This document shows positions 39,769 to 49,431 of a stretch of 64,000 nt of DNA, piece after piece. The position numbers were made by a program, and so were the translations under genes. The notes under the pieces are model-generated. The model saw only the letters and a program-made list of their open reading frames with translations, was not told the origin of the DNA and searched no databases. Positions within the stretch are counted from its first letter, which is position 1, and each line of letters begins with the position of its first letter. The stretch is from Thermoanaerobaculia bacterium (GTDB taxonomy: Bacteria > Acidobacteriota > Thermoanaerobaculia > Gp7-AA8), in assembly GCA_036375075.1 (NCBI GenBank), contig DASUSN010000211.1, forward strand, positions 8,075 to 72,074, given 5' to 3'.

Positions 39769-41295
39769 ATGCCTCGCGTGAGAGTGCGCGTTGCTGCCTG
39801 CGCGATCGTGCTCGTCGCGGTTGTGGCGATCGTGCATACGTGGACCGTTTTTTCCCAGACCGTCGACGAGCCGGCGCACGTCGCGGCGGGCGCGGAGTGG
39901 TGGGGCGGGACGTATGCGCTCGATCCGCAGCATCCGCCGCTGGCGCGGATCTTCGTCGCGATCGGACCGTTGTTGCGGGGCGGGCAGTACCAGCCGGCGC
40001 CGCATTGGGTGATCAGCGGGAACGCGATCCTGTACGGCGCCGGGGACTATCTGGCGACGCTCGCCAGCGCGCGGGCGGGAACGCTGCTGTTCTTTCTCCT
40101 CGGGTGCTGGGTGGTGTTCGCGTGGGCGCGTCGGCTGTACGGCGATACGACGGCGCTGGTGGCGCTCGCGTTCTTCGCGTTGCAGCCGGCGGTGCTGGCA
40201 CACGCCGGGCTGGCAACCACGGACATGGCCGCAGGGGCGACGCTCGCGGCGGCGATGTACGCGGCGGCGTTCGGGGCGCCGGTCGTGGCCGGTCTGGCGA
40301 TTGCGGCGGCGATCGCGTCGAAGTTCTCGGCGATCGCGTTTCTGCCGGCGGTGGTGGTGGCTGCGTGGTGGCAACGTAGGGAGGCCACCTGTCATCCCGA
40401 GCGTCGAGCGAGGGACCTGGGTGGGCGGGGCGCGATGGACGTCCCTGGCGCCCCGCCCACCGAGATCCCTCGCTACGCTCGGGAGGACAGGTGGGTGCGC
40501 GATGTCGGTGTCGCCGCGGGCGTCGCGATCCTCGCGATCCTGCTCGTCTATCGCTTCGACGTCGCGGCGCTGCTGCGCGGGCTCCAGGATCTCCGCGCGC
40601 ACAACGCCGCCGGCCATCCGAGCTACCTCTTCGGCGAGGTGCGTCGCGGGGGCTGGTGGTATTACTTCCCCATCGCGCTGTTTCTCAAGACGGCGCTGCC
40701 GGCGCTGTTCGCGTTCGCGATGGGCGTCCGCAAGCGCACCGCGCCTCTGGTCGCCGCGTTCGCGATCCTCCTCGGCGTCGCGATGCTCAGCCGGATCAGC
40801 ATCGGCATCCGGCACGTGCTGCCGCTCTATCCGCTGATGGCGATCATTGCGGCGTACGGCGTGATGCAACTGCGCAGGCCGCTGGCGATCGCCGTGATCG
40901 TCGCGCAGGTGGCGACGTTCGCCCTCGCCCACCCCGACCACCTCGCCTACTTCAACTTCACCGCCGGGCGCGACCCGTCGCGCGTCCTGCTCGACAGCAA
41001 CCTCGACTGGGGACAGGACCTGTTGCGTCTGGAGCAGGCCTCCGCGAAGCACCGCATCGAGGAGCTGCACATCGCCTACTTCGGCAGCGCCGACCTCCGC
41101 CGCCACCGCCTGCCGAAGCTCGTGCGCCTGCAGCCGTTCACGCCCGCGACCGGCTGGATCGCCATCAGCGAGATGCACCTCAAGGACCTCGGCGCCCGCA
41201 ACCGTCGCCGCGGCGCATACGACTGGCTCCTGCGTCACGAGCCGGTCGAGCGCGTCGGGACGTCGATCCTGCTGTATCGGGTGCAACCGCGCTGA
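39769..41295 (+). CDS. Family 39 (ArnT/PMT-like) membrane glycosyltransferase carrying an in-frame palindromic insertion
   Basis: 'TVDEPAHVAAG', 'HPPLARI' and many TM helices. The frame runs through element 40388-40501. Confidence 0.8.
   Translation: MPRVRVRVAACAIVLVAVVAIVHTWTVFSQTVDEPAHVAAGAEWWGGTYALDPQHPPLARIFVAIGPLLRGGQYQPAPHWVISGNAILYGAGDYLATLASARAGTLLFFLLGCWVVFAWARRLYGDTTALVALAFFALQPAVLAHAGLATTDMAAGATLAAAMYAAAFGAPVVAGLAIAAAIASKFSAIAFLPAVVVAAWWQRREATCHPERRARDLGGRGAMDVPGAPPTEIPRYAREDRWVRDVGVAAGVAILAILLVYRFDVAALLRGLQDLRAHNAAGHPSYLFGEVRRGGWWYYFPIALFLKTALPALFAFAMGVRKRTAPLVAAFAILLGVAMLSRISIGIRHVLPLYPLMAIIAAYGVMQLRRPLAIAVIVAQVATFALAHPDHLAYFNFTAGRDPSRVLLDSNLDWGQDLLRLEQASAKHRIEELHIAYFGSADLRRHRLPKLVRLQPFTPATGWIAISEMHLKDLGARNRRRGAYDWLLRHEPVERVGTSILLYRVQPR
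40388..40501. mobile_element. 114-bp palindromic REP/MITE-like element inside a CDS (TGTCATCCCGAGCG variant)
   Basis: CCTGTCATCCCGAGCGTCGAGCGAGGGACCTGGGTGGGCGGGGCGC / loop / GCGCCCCGCCCACCGAGATCCCTCGCTACGCTCGGGAGGACAGG. 114 nt equals 38 codons (TCHPERRARDLGGRGAMDVPGAPPTEIPRYAREDRWV). Confidence 0.8.
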
Positions 41296-41316
41296 CGTTC
41301 CGCCGTATCTGACTGC

Positions 41317-41820
41317 ATGAAGACCCTCGCGACGTGCACGCTGGCGCTGCTCCTGACGGGCGGCACCGTCCTGGCCCAGGACAACAACATCTCCATCTCC
41401 CTCAACTCCGACGACTCGCGGACGGAGCTCGGCGACCGCCACGACGTCCGCGACGCGCGCATGGCCATCACCACACGCGACCGCTCCACGGTCCTGCTCC
41501 TGCTCGACGACACCGTCGCGATGCAGCTCACGGACGCGACGCTCGCGAAGATGGACGCGGAAAAGAAGAAGGACACGAACTTCCTCGAGGAGCTGGTCCT
41601 CGCGGGCGTGAAGCTCGCGGTCGGGAAGTCGGTCGAGTACCCGATCGCCGACATCCGCACGATCGACTACAGCAACGGCGCGCTGCGCGTCATCGGCGCG
41701 GACAACAAGCCGGTGTTCACCGAGATCAAGGTGAACGGAACGGACGTCCTGCGCGACTTCTCCCGCGCGGACGTCGTCCGGTTCGCGAACGCCGTCCGCG
41801 CGGCCAAGTCACGTAAGTAA
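41317..41820 (+). CDS. Secreted hypothetical protein
   Basis: Signal peptide MKTLATCTLALLLTGGTVLAQ. No family recognised. Confidence 0.55.
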   Translation: MKTLATCTLALLLTGGTVLAQDNNISISLNSDDSRTELGDRHDVRDARMAITTRDRSTVLLLLDDTVAMQLTDATLAKMDAEKKKDTNFLEELVLAGVKLAVGKSVEYPIADIRTIDYSNGALRVIGADNKPVFTEIKVNGTDVLRDFSRADVVRFANAVRAAKSRK

Positions 41821-41822
41821 CG

Positions 41823-42956
41823 TCAGTGCGTGTGGGCGTGATCGTGGTCGTGGTCATGATCGTGCTGATGATCGTGACCATGACCGTGCGTGTGGCCGGC
41901 CATCCCCGACTCCACCTGCTCGACCACCTGCCGGGCGAGCTCGCGGAACGCGACTGACGCCACGGACTGCGGATCGCTGACGACGATCGGCTCGCCCGTA
42001 TCGCCGCCGACGACGACCTTCGGGTCGATCGGCACCTCGCCGAGGAACGGAACCCCGAGCATCTCCGCGGTCTTCTGTCCGCCGCCGTGGCCGAAGATCT
42101 CCTCCCGCTCGCCGCAATGGCGGCAGAGGAAGTAGCTCATGTTCTCGACGATGCCCAGGACCGGGACGTTCACCTTCCGGAACATCGCCAGCCCCTTGCG
42201 CGCGTCGATCAGGGCCACGTCCTGCGGCGTCGTCACGACCACCGCGCCCGTGAGGCCCGCCTTCTGCGTCAGCGTGAGCTGCGCGTCGCCCGTGCCCGGC
42301 GGGAGGTCGATGATCATGAAGTCAAGGGTGCCCCACTTCACGTCCGTGAGGAACTGGTCGATGGCCTTCATGACCATCGGTCCGCGCCAGATCACCGGCG
42401 TGTCCGGATCGGTGATGAGGCCGAGGGACATGGTCTTGATGCCGTGGCGCTCCATGGGGACGATCTTCTCGTCCGCCTCGTCGATCTGCGGACGGCCCTC
42501 GATGCCCAGCATCATCTGCTGCGAGGGACCGTAGATGTCCGCGTCGAGCAGCCCGACCGTGTAGCCGAGCGACCGCAGCGCGAGGGCGAGGTTCGTGGAC
42601 ACCGTCGATTTCCCGACGCCCCCTTTGCCCGAGGCGACCGCGATGCGGTACTTCACGCCGCTGAGGGCGGACGGCTGCATCGCGGCGGTGCCGCTCGAGA
42701 CCGCGCCCTGCTTCGCGCCGATCTCGAGATTGACCTGCACGTCCTTGACGCCTTCCAGCGCGCGGACGGCCGCCTCGGCGTCGCGGGCGATCTGCTGGCC
42801 CACGCTCGGATTCTCCGTCTGGAAGTGAATGGTGAACGCGACCGTGCTGCCCTCGACGCGCACGTCCCGGACGAACCCGAACGACACGATGTCGCGCGAG
42901 AGGCCGGGGAATTTGACCTTCTTCAGCGCGTCAAGAACCTGTTCCTGTGTTGGCAT
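41823..42956 (-). CDS. mrp: Mrp/NBP35 (ApbC) Fe-S cluster carrier ATPase with His-rich C-terminal tail
   Basis: 'IAVASGKGGVGKST' and 'CRHCGE'. N-terminal DUF59-like region. Tail HTHGHGHDHQHDHDHDHDHAHTH. Confidence 0.9.
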   Translation of the reverse strand: MPTQEQVLDALKKVKFPGLSRDIVSFGFVRDVRVEGSTVAFTIHFQTENPSVGQQIARDAEAAVRALEGVKDVQVNLEIGAKQGAVSSGTAAMQPSALSGVKYRIAVASGKGGVGKSTVSTNLALALRSLGYTVGLLDADIYGPSQQMMLGIEGRPQIDEADEKIVPMERHGIKTMSLGLITDPDTPVIWRGPMVMKAIDQFLTDVKWGTLDFMIIDLPPGTGDAQLTLTQKAGLTGAVVVTTPQDVALIDARKGLAMFRKVNVPVLGIVENMSYFLCRHCGEREEIFGHGGGQKTAEMLGVPFLGEVPIDPKVVVGGDTGEPIVVSDPQSVASVAFRELARQVVEQVESGMAGHTHGHGHDHQHDHDHDHDHAHTH

Positions 42957-43701
42957 CTGCTCTCTCCTGTGGAAGCCACCGTTCGTACGACTCGCGGATG
43001 ATCGGAATGGCTTCGTCGGAGGAGCCGACGACCTTGATCACGTCGAAGTCGGGCGGGCTGACCAGGCCGCGCTCGACCATCGTCGCGCGCATCCACTCGA
43101 TCAGACCGGGCCACATTGTACCCACCAGGATGAGCGGATGCTCCTTCATGTGCTTGACCTGGAGAAGCTGCCAGACCATGAACAGCTCGAGGGCGGTGCC
43201 GATGCCGCCGGGAAAGACGATGAAGGCGGACGACAGCCGGATGAAATGGTGGAGCCTGCTGAAGAACGTCCGGTGCCGGAACACCTTGTCCACGAACGGG
43301 TTCGCCGACTCCTCGGTCGGCAGATGGATGGCCAGGCCGAACGAGCGCGACTTGCCCTCCGCCCGCCCTTCGACCGCGCCGGCGTTGGCCGCTTCCATGA
43401 GGCCCGGCCCGCCGCCGGTGACGATGTCGACGCCGAGGCGGGAGAGCTCGGTGGAGAGCTTCTTGACCTCTTCGTAGATCGGATCCCCGCGGCGGATGCG
43501 CGAGCTGCCGAAGATGGAGACGCGGTAGTGCTCGACGCGCTCGGGCTGGATCTGGTCGAGATCGTTGATGGTCTCCCAGAGCTGGTAGATCGCGCGGTCG
43601 AGGACGTGAGTCGGATCGAGCGCGGCCGGCTGCTTCTTCGCGGCCTGGGCGGTGCGCAGCTCTTCCAGCTCGGGAGTGGTGGTTCGACGATTACGGGCCA
43701 T
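42931..43701 (-). CDS. LOG-family (TIGR00730) nucleotide phosphoribohydrolase
   Basis: 'VTGGGPGLMEAANAGA' and 'FPGGIGTALELF'. 26-nt overlap with mrp. Confidence 0.85.
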   Translation of the reverse strand: MARNRRTTTPELEELRTAQAAKKQPAALDPTHVLDRAIYQLWETINDLDQIQPERVEHYRVSIFGSSRIRRGDPIYEEVKKLSTELSRLGVDIVTGGGPGLMEAANAGAVEGRAEGKSRSFGLAIHLPTEESANPFVDKVFRHRTFFSRLHHFIRLSSAFIVFPGGIGTALELFMVWQLLQVKHMKEHPLILVGTMWPGLIEWMRATMVERGLVSPPDFDVIKVVGSSDEAIPIIRESYERWLPQERADANTGTGS

Positions 43702-43706
43702 AGATC

Positions 43707-43794
43707 AGTTGACAGTCCACAGTCGACAGTATGCAGGAGATGAGCCCGGTTCCCTGCGTCTCCTGTCAACTGTCCACTGCAAAACTGCCAACTA
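43707..43794. repeat. Imperfect hairpin, GACAGT-rich arms
   Basis: AGTTGACAGTCCACAGTCGACAGTATGCAGGAGA ... TCTCCTGTCAACTGTCCACTGCAAAACTGCCAACT. Lies between the SPOR-gene stop and the LOG-gene start. Confidence 0.6.
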
Positions 43795-44466
43795 TCTGGT
43801 CGTGATCCAGACCTCTTTCGAAAACTCCTTGAGCTTCGGCTCGGCCGCACGGGCCTCGGTTTCGGAGCCGAACTTGACGCGGACGCGGTAGACCGGGCCT
43901 TTGTCAGTGGCGCCGCGCTCGACGTAGGCGGCGGTGAAGCCGCGGTCGATCAGCCGGGCGGCCAGCGTCTCGGCGCGCTTCTGGTCGCCGGTCGAAAGCA
44001 GTTGCGCGTAGGTCGTCGCGGCATGCGACGCCTGCGCAGGCGCCGGAGTGGCAGGTACCGGCTTCTCCTGGACCGGGGCAGGCGCGGCCGCCGGGGCTTG
44101 CTCGGCCACCGTCTCGGTGGCAGCCCCCGGGGCATCTTCCACGACCGTGGCCGTCACCTCGGCATCGCTTCCGGTCGTCTCCGTCGGCGCGGCATCGGCG
44201 GCGTCTTCCTGGAAATCATCCGCCTCGACGCCCAGCTCCACGATGCGTCCTTCGCTCTTCTTCGGCGCCAGCGACGCCTCGGTCACGACGGGGGTGGCCT
44301 TCTGCACGACCAGACGGTCGTCGGCCTGCCCTTTCCCGATCATGAGTCCGAAGGCGAACGCCGCGGCGAGCGAGAGCAGCAGCAGCACGAAGGCGACGAA
44401 GGCCTGGCCCGCGGTGAGTGAGATCTCGTAATGAGACTGATCGTCAGCAATAGCGTGTTCTTCCAT
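43792..44466 (-). CDS. SPOR-domain membrane protein
   Basis: N-terminal TM, Ala/Pro/Glu-rich linker, C-terminal 'YAQLLSTGDQKRAETLAARL...YRVRVKFGSETEA'. Confidence 0.75.
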   Translation of the reverse strand: MEEHAIADDQSHYEISLTAGQAFVAFVLLLLSLAAAFAFGLMIGKGQADDRLVVQKATPVVTEASLAPKKSEGRIVELGVEADDFQEDAADAAPTETTGSDAEVTATVVEDAPGAATETVAEQAPAAAPAPVQEKPVPATPAPAQASHAATTYAQLLSTGDQKRAETLAARLIDRGFTAAYVERGATDKGPVYRVRVKFGSETEARAAEPKLKEFSKEVWITTR

Positions 44467-44490
44467 CTCGCGCCCTTCCTCCCCGGAACA

Positions 44491-45156
44491 TCACTTGGCT
44501 GGCGGTGCCGCCGCGTTCCAGTTTGTGTGATAGACGATGCCGTTGTCAAAGTAGACCGCCGAAGCGCCCCCATCGGCCTTCGGGTAGATCCACACCGAGT
44601 ACACCCGCTTGTTCTGGACCACCTGCTTGATCCAGTCCTCGCGCGGGACCCCCACCAGCCGTCTCACGTCCTCCTCCTTCATCCCGGTTTTCACGGCGGC
44701 GAAGGACGTCATGTTCACGTAGCGGCGCTGCTCGGCCAGGGTGATGCGCGCCTGTGCGTCGGCGCTCCCCGGGTCGAGCTCGAGAGCCTCGCGATAAAGA
44801 GCGATCGCCCGGTCATAACGGGCCAGGACGCCCATGTATTCGTCGCCGAGGATGATCTTCTCGCGGGCCAGGAGCGAGCCGGCGCGGGGGTCGGCGGTGC
44901 GCTCGAAATATTCGCGGGCCTTGTCCACGAACGCGACGTACGCCGGTTCGAGCTTCTTGTGGTTCTCGAGCAGGATCTCGATCTGTTCTTTCCGCGGCGC
45001 GGTCGCGGCCGGCTGCTTCTGGGCCTGCCGGAGCGTCTGGATCCACTGGTAGTCCGCCATCAGCAGGGCCCACTCGCGATCGTTCGGCGTCGTGGGCGGC
45101 CCGGCCGGAGCGCAGGCGAAGAGGGAGAGAAGGGAGAAAAGCAGGAGTTTCCGCAT
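44491..45156 (-). CDS. Lipoprotein with TPR-like and BamE/SmpA-like C-terminal region
   Basis: Lipobox 'LLSLFAC'. 'MKEEDVRRLVGVPRED...VWIYP' is BamE-like. Confidence 0.55.
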   Translation of the reverse strand: MRKLLLFSLLSLFACAPAGPPTTPNDREWALLMADYQWIQTLRQAQKQPAATAPRKEQIEILLENHKKLEPAYVAFVDKAREYFERTADPRAGSLLAREKIILGDEYMGVLARYDRAIALYREALELDPGSADAQARITLAEQRRYVNMTSFAAVKTGMKEEDVRRLVGVPREDWIKQVVQNKRVYSVWIYPKADGGASAVYFDNGIVYHTNWNAAAPPAK

Positions 45157-45169
45157 CGGGGTCCGCCCG

Positions 45170-45697
45170 TCAGTTTAACTGCTTTCGCATGAGGAGCGCG
45201 CCGAGGCGGGTGCCATCCGGGAGCACGAGCGTGGAGGGCTCGACGTCCTCATAGCCGCACGCGCGATACAGGGGGACGCCGGGCAGCGTCGCCATCAGCT
45301 CGCACACGCGGAACCCCGCCGCCCGCGCCGCCTCCTCGGATGCATTCAGGATCAGCCGGCCGAGGCCGCGGCGGGCGTGGGCGGGATCGACGAACATCGC
45401 GCGGATGCGGGCGGCGTCCGTGGCCGGGTCGAGCCAACCCTCCGCCGATTCCTGCTCGTCCGTCCCGGTGAAGAGCTTCTTCCGCGCGCTCCAGCCGCCG
45501 CAGGCGATCACCCGCGCGTCTTCCTCCACGACGAAGTACGTCCCATCGTCAACGAGTTGACTATCCGGCACGGCGATGTAGCGGACCGCGCTCGCGGCCT
45601 CCCGATCGTCGTAGAAACCGGCGCTGAGCGCGCCGAGGGAGGCACGCATGACGCGCTCGATCGCGGGGAGATCCTGGCGCGTCGCGAGCCGGATCAC
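45170..45697 (-). CDS. GNAT-family N-acetyltransferase
   Basis: 'RIRAMFVDPAHARRGLGRLIL' acetyl-CoA motif. GTGA overlap with the upstream gene. Confidence 0.8.
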   Translation of the reverse strand: MIRLATRQDLPAIERVMRASLGALSAGFYDDREAASAVRYIAVPDSQLVDDGTYFVVEEDARVIACGGWSARKKLFTGTDEQESAEGWLDPATDAARIRAMFVDPAHARRGLGRLILNASEEAARAAGFRVCELMATLPGVPLYRACGYEDVEPSTLVLPDGTRLGALLMRKQLN

Positions 45698-46812
45698 TTC
45701 TTCAGCGACCCCGCCACGCTCAGCGCCTCGCTCTCCATCGCCGCGCCGAACTCCGTCTTCACTTCATACAGCCAGCCGTAGAGCAGCTCGTCGAGGACGT
45801 TCTGCACGACCGTGCCGTGATCGCGGGAGCCGGAGGCATAGAGGTTGTTGAGGAGCTGGTCGAAGTCGATGCGCGCCTCGTTCACGAAGGTCATGCCGGA
45901 GAGATACGGGAGCGTCCCCGGCGAGAGGTGCCGGACGACGCGGTCGGTGAAGTCGTAGACGTGGTCGCCGACTTTCTGGAAGACCAGGCCGAAGAGGCGC
46001 TGAAAAACGCCGTTGTACTTCTCCACGATCGCTTCCAGTTCGTACTCCGTCTCGACCGCGGAGCGCTTCTCGTCGACGGCCGCGACTTCCGCGTCCTGGA
46101 TGAGATTCACGGCCAGCAGCCCCCAGATCGTGCGGAAGGTCTGGAAGTGCGACAGGTAGCTGCGCGCGCAGAGCTCTTCCACGGTCTGCGGGTCGGACAG
46201 GAGGTTCAGCACGTGGCTCTCGTCGTCGGTGAGCTCGAGCTGAAAGGTGCGCGTATCCGCGTTCGGGACCTGCTCGAGCGTGCGGTCGTGACGCCCCACG
46301 CCGCGGGTGATCAGCGACCAGTACTCGATCCGGCGCACGCCGTCGAGAATCAGCCGCTCGGTGGCCATCGGCAGGGCGATGATGCCGTCGGGCATCGTGC
46401 TCGTGAACTCGATCGTGTAGTTGCCGCTGCGGTACGACATGGCGTTGAGGACGATCGCGTTCGCCTGCCGCTCGATGGCCCGGGTGAGGTCGTCCGGCTT
46501 GAGGTACCCGAGCTCGCACAGCAGCCCGCCGATCCGCCGCGCGACGACCAGCCGCTCCATGGCATGGTCGTACTGCTGGATGTTCAACTCCCCCATCCTG
46601 AGCAGCGTCTCCGCCAGCCCCATGTCCGCATCCGTGCTCGCCGCAAACACCAGCCGCCCCTCGTTGAAGTAGATCGTGTCGTTGCGGCCGACGGCATCGA
46701 GAGACAGAACCGCCGTCTCACTGCTTCGCACGATCGAACGGAAGAGGTCAGGCACCGTCGTCTCGGCGAGAGTGCCCTGGATGGAGAGATTGTCTTCTTC
46801 CATGGGGGTCAT
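45694..46812 (-). CDS. DUF4388-domain protein
   Basis: 'GTLAETTVPDLFRSIVRSSETAVLSLD...IYFNEGRLVFA' is typical of DUF4388. Start ATG 46812 or 46803; the longer ORF-track start at 47028 is rejected. Confidence 0.65.
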   Translation of the reverse strand: MTPMEEDNLSIQGTLAETTVPDLFRSIVRSSETAVLSLDAVGRNDTIYFNEGRLVFAASTDADMGLAETLLRMGELNIQQYDHAMERLVVARRIGGLLCELGYLKPDDLTRAIERQANAIVLNAMSYRSGNYTIEFTSTMPDGIIALPMATERLILDGVRRIEYWSLITRGVGRHDRTLEQVPNADTRTFQLELTDDESHVLNLLSDPQTVEELCARSYLSHFQTFRTIWGLLAVNLIQDAEVAAVDEKRSAVETEYELEAIVEKYNGVFQRLFGLVFQKVGDHVYDFTDRVVRHLSPGTLPYLSGMTFVNEARIDFDQLLNNLYASGSRDHGTVVQNVLDELLYGWLYEVKTEFGAAMESEALSVAGSLKK

Positions 46813-47120
46813 TCTAGTTGGCGGTTGGGGGTTGGCGGTTGGCAGGAGTACGATTTGGCTTCCGCACAGAACGCCAGTCCTCGGCGCATCGGCACATTCC
46901 TGTTTCTCGGCCGCTGGCTGCGAGGCTGGTAGTTTGATGAGCGTCGTGCGGTCAGGGGCATCGAGTGGCAGTGCGCCTTCGGGCTCCGTGTAGAACCGCG
47001 AAAAACCGCAGCGCGTACGCGCGGTCATGAAATGCGAAATGTGACGTGCGTCGTCGGCTCACCGCGCATCCAGTTCTTGTGGGGCAATGCTACACCTCGT
47101 CGGTATGAGGCGAAGCCTCG

Positions 47121-47154
47121 CTAGGAGTGCGGTGGCGAGGCCACGCACTCCTAG
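47121..47154. promoter_or_regulatory. Perfect-stem palindrome in a divergent intergenic region
   Basis: CTAGGAGTGCGGTGGC-GAG-GCCACGCACTCCTAG, 34 nt upstream of the NHL gene start. It shares the GGAGTGCGG core with other palindromes in the window. Confidence 0.4.
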
Positions 47155-47187
47155 AAATGGGCACCTGGCTGGCATCCTCGGCCTTTC

Positions 47188-49266
47188 GTGCTCCTTCGAA
47201 CCGCAGTCGCCGTCGCTCTCGCGCTCGCCGCGCCCCTCTTCGCTCAGCCGCTGAAGATCCAGACCCTCGCCGGGTCCACCAGCGGCGGGGGGCACATCGA
47301 CGCGCAGGGCGAGAGCGCCCGATTCTCCGCTCCGCGGGCCATCGCCGTCGACGCCGCCGGAAACTTCTACGTCGCCGACACCGGCAATCACGTCATCCGC
47401 AAAATCACGCCGGACGGCGAGGTCTCCACGCTCGCGGGCGCTCCCGGAGTGGCCGGCTACGCCGACGGCACCGGCTCCGCCGCGCGCTTCCGGTTCCCCA
47501 CGGGCATCGCCGTCGATGCCGGCAGCGGCGCGATCTTCGTGTCGGACAAAGACAATCACGTCATCCGCCGCGTCACGATCGACGGCGTGGTGACGACGTT
47601 CGCCGGCACCGGCGGCATTCAGGGGACGACGAACGGCACGGGCTCCGCCGCACGCTTCACCTTCCCGCGCGGAATCGCGTTCGACACCCTGGGCAACCTC
47701 ATGGTCGCGGACACCGGCAATCACGTCATTCGCAAGATCAACCGGAGCGCGGTCGTCACGACGCATGCCGGAGCGATGCGCTCCAGCGGCAGCAGCGACG
47801 GGTTCGGCGCACAGGCCGGGCTCAACAGCCCGTTCGAGGTAGCCCTCGATCCGACGACGGCCAGTCTCCTCGTCAGCGACACCGGCAACCACACCATCCG
47901 CAAGGTCACGCCCGACGGCCGCGTGACCACGGTGGCGGGGAGCCCGCTCGCCTCCGGCGATGAGGACGGCACCGGCAGCGAGGCGCGGTTCGCGGCTCCG
48001 TGGGGCATCGCCGTCGACTCCGCGGGCTACGCGTATGTCACCGATTCCGCCAACCAGAAGATCCGTTGGGTCTCGCCCGCGGGCGAGGTGACGACGTTCG
48101 CGGGCGACGGTTTCGCCGGGACAGTCGACGGCCTCAGCACATTAGCGCGGTTCACCTATCCCTCCGACGTCGTCCTCGGGCCCGACGGCGCGCTCTACGT
48201 CGCCGACGCGTACACCATGTCCATCCGGCGCATCCCCATCGCGGCGGCCTTCGTCAGCACCTTCGCCGGATCGAAGCCGGCAAACGGCACGGACGCGGGA
48301 TCGAACGCGGCGGGGACGAATGCGCGCTTCCACTTTCCGCACGGCATCGCGGTCGACGGGGCCGGCAACGCGTACGTTGCCGAGTCGAGCGGCGCGATCC
48401 GCAGGATCACGCCGGAGGGCGTGGTGTCGGTGTTCGCGGGAGCGCAGGGAACGAGCGGCTCCGCCGACGGCCCGGCGCTGAGCGCGCGGTTCTCGTTTCC
48501 GCGCGGCCTCGCCTTCGACCCGAACGGCAATCTGTTCGTCGCCGACACGAACAATCACACCATCCGCAAGATCACCCCCGCGGGGATCGTCACGACGTTC
48601 GCCGGCGTCGCGGGCGAGTTCGGATTCCAGAACGGCACCGGCGCGCAGGCGCGTTTCTACTACCCGTGGGACGTGGCCACCGACTCGCTCGGCAACGTCT
48701 ACGTCACCGACGCGTACAACCACAGCATCCGCATCATCGAGCCGGCCGGTGTGGTGACGACCTTCGCGGGCAGCGGCGGCGCGGGCTACTTCGACGCCAT
48801 CGGCACCTCCGCCGACTTCCGCTACCCCCTCGGCATCTCCATCGACACCGCGCGCAACCTCTACATCGCCGACTGGGGCAACGACGTGATCCGCAGGATC
48901 ACACAGGCAGGCGTGGTCACGACGCTCGCCGGCAGCGCCACGGAGGCCGGCTCGACCGACGGCATCGGCCCCGCCGCCCGCTTCCTCGCCCCGGAAGACG
49001 TGGTTTCGGACGCCGACGGCAATCTCTACGTCTCGGACGAAAATCACCTGATCCGGCGCGTGACGAACACCGGCCTGGTGACGACGGTCGCCGGCCTGGC
49101 TGGCTCGCCGGGGAACGTGAACGGCGTCGGCGGCCAGGCACGGTTCACGTGGCCCGAGGGGCTCGCGCTCACGGCGTCGGGAGAACTGCTGATCGCCGAC
49201 ACGTACGATCACGCCATCCGCATCGGGACGGTCATAGCGCCGAAACGGCGCGCCGCACGCCACTGA
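47188..49266 (+). CDS. Secreted NHL-repeat protein (12 repeats)
   Basis: Signal peptide, then 12 copies of 'ARFxxPxGIAVDxxGNxYVADTxNHxIRKITPxGxVTT'. GTG start. Confidence 0.8.
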   Translation: MLLRTAVAVALALAAPLFAQPLKIQTLAGSTSGGGHIDAQGESARFSAPRAIAVDAAGNFYVADTGNHVIRKITPDGEVSTLAGAPGVAGYADGTGSAARFRFPTGIAVDAGSGAIFVSDKDNHVIRRVTIDGVVTTFAGTGGIQGTTNGTGSAARFTFPRGIAFDTLGNLMVADTGNHVIRKINRSAVVTTHAGAMRSSGSSDGFGAQAGLNSPFEVALDPTTASLLVSDTGNHTIRKVTPDGRVTTVAGSPLASGDEDGTGSEARFAAPWGIAVDSAGYAYVTDSANQKIRWVSPAGEVTTFAGDGFAGTVDGLSTLARFTYPSDVVLGPDGALYVADAYTMSIRRIPIAAAFVSTFAGSKPANGTDAGSNAAGTNARFHFPHGIAVDGAGNAYVAESSGAIRRITPEGVVSVFAGAQGTSGSADGPALSARFSFPRGLAFDPNGNLFVADTNNHTIRKITPAGIVTTFAGVAGEFGFQNGTGAQARFYYPWDVATDSLGNVYVTDAYNHSIRIIEPAGVVTTFAGSGGAGYFDAIGTSADFRYPLGISIDTARNLYIADWGNDVIRRITQAGVVTTLAGSATEAGSTDGIGPAARFLAPEDVVSDADGNLYVSDENHLIRRVTNTGLVTTVAGLAGSPGNVNGVGGQARFTWPEGLALTASGELLIADTYDHAIRIGTVIAPKRRAARH

Positions 49267-49269
49267 CCT

Positions 49270-49406
49270 CCGGGTATGGAGTGCGAGTCTTCGAGCCGTC
49301 GAGTCTTCAAGTCTTCGAGTCTTCAAGTCTTCAAGTCTTCAAGTCGTCGAGAAGCTCTCGACGACTCGACGACTCGACGACTCGAAGACTCGCACTCCAT
49401 ACCCGG
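49270..49406. repeat. Hairpin with tandem-repeat arms, unit GTCTTCRA (8 nt), perfect 26-nt outer stem
   Basis: CCGGGTATGGAGTGCGAGTCTTCGAG...(GTCTTCAA)n...(CGACTCGA)n...CTCGAAGACTCGCACTCCATACCCGG. Confidence 0.9.
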
Positions 49407-49431
49407 CGCGCCGCTGGCATAGTCGAAAGAC

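Noticed and set aside
46814-46845. G-rich direct repeat TAGTTGGCGGTTGGGGGTTGGCGGTTGGCAGG upstream of the DUF4388 gene (possible half hairpin or G-quadruplex)
   Set aside because: No complementary arm was found nearby. It has only two-G runs apart from one G5, which is too weak to call a structure.
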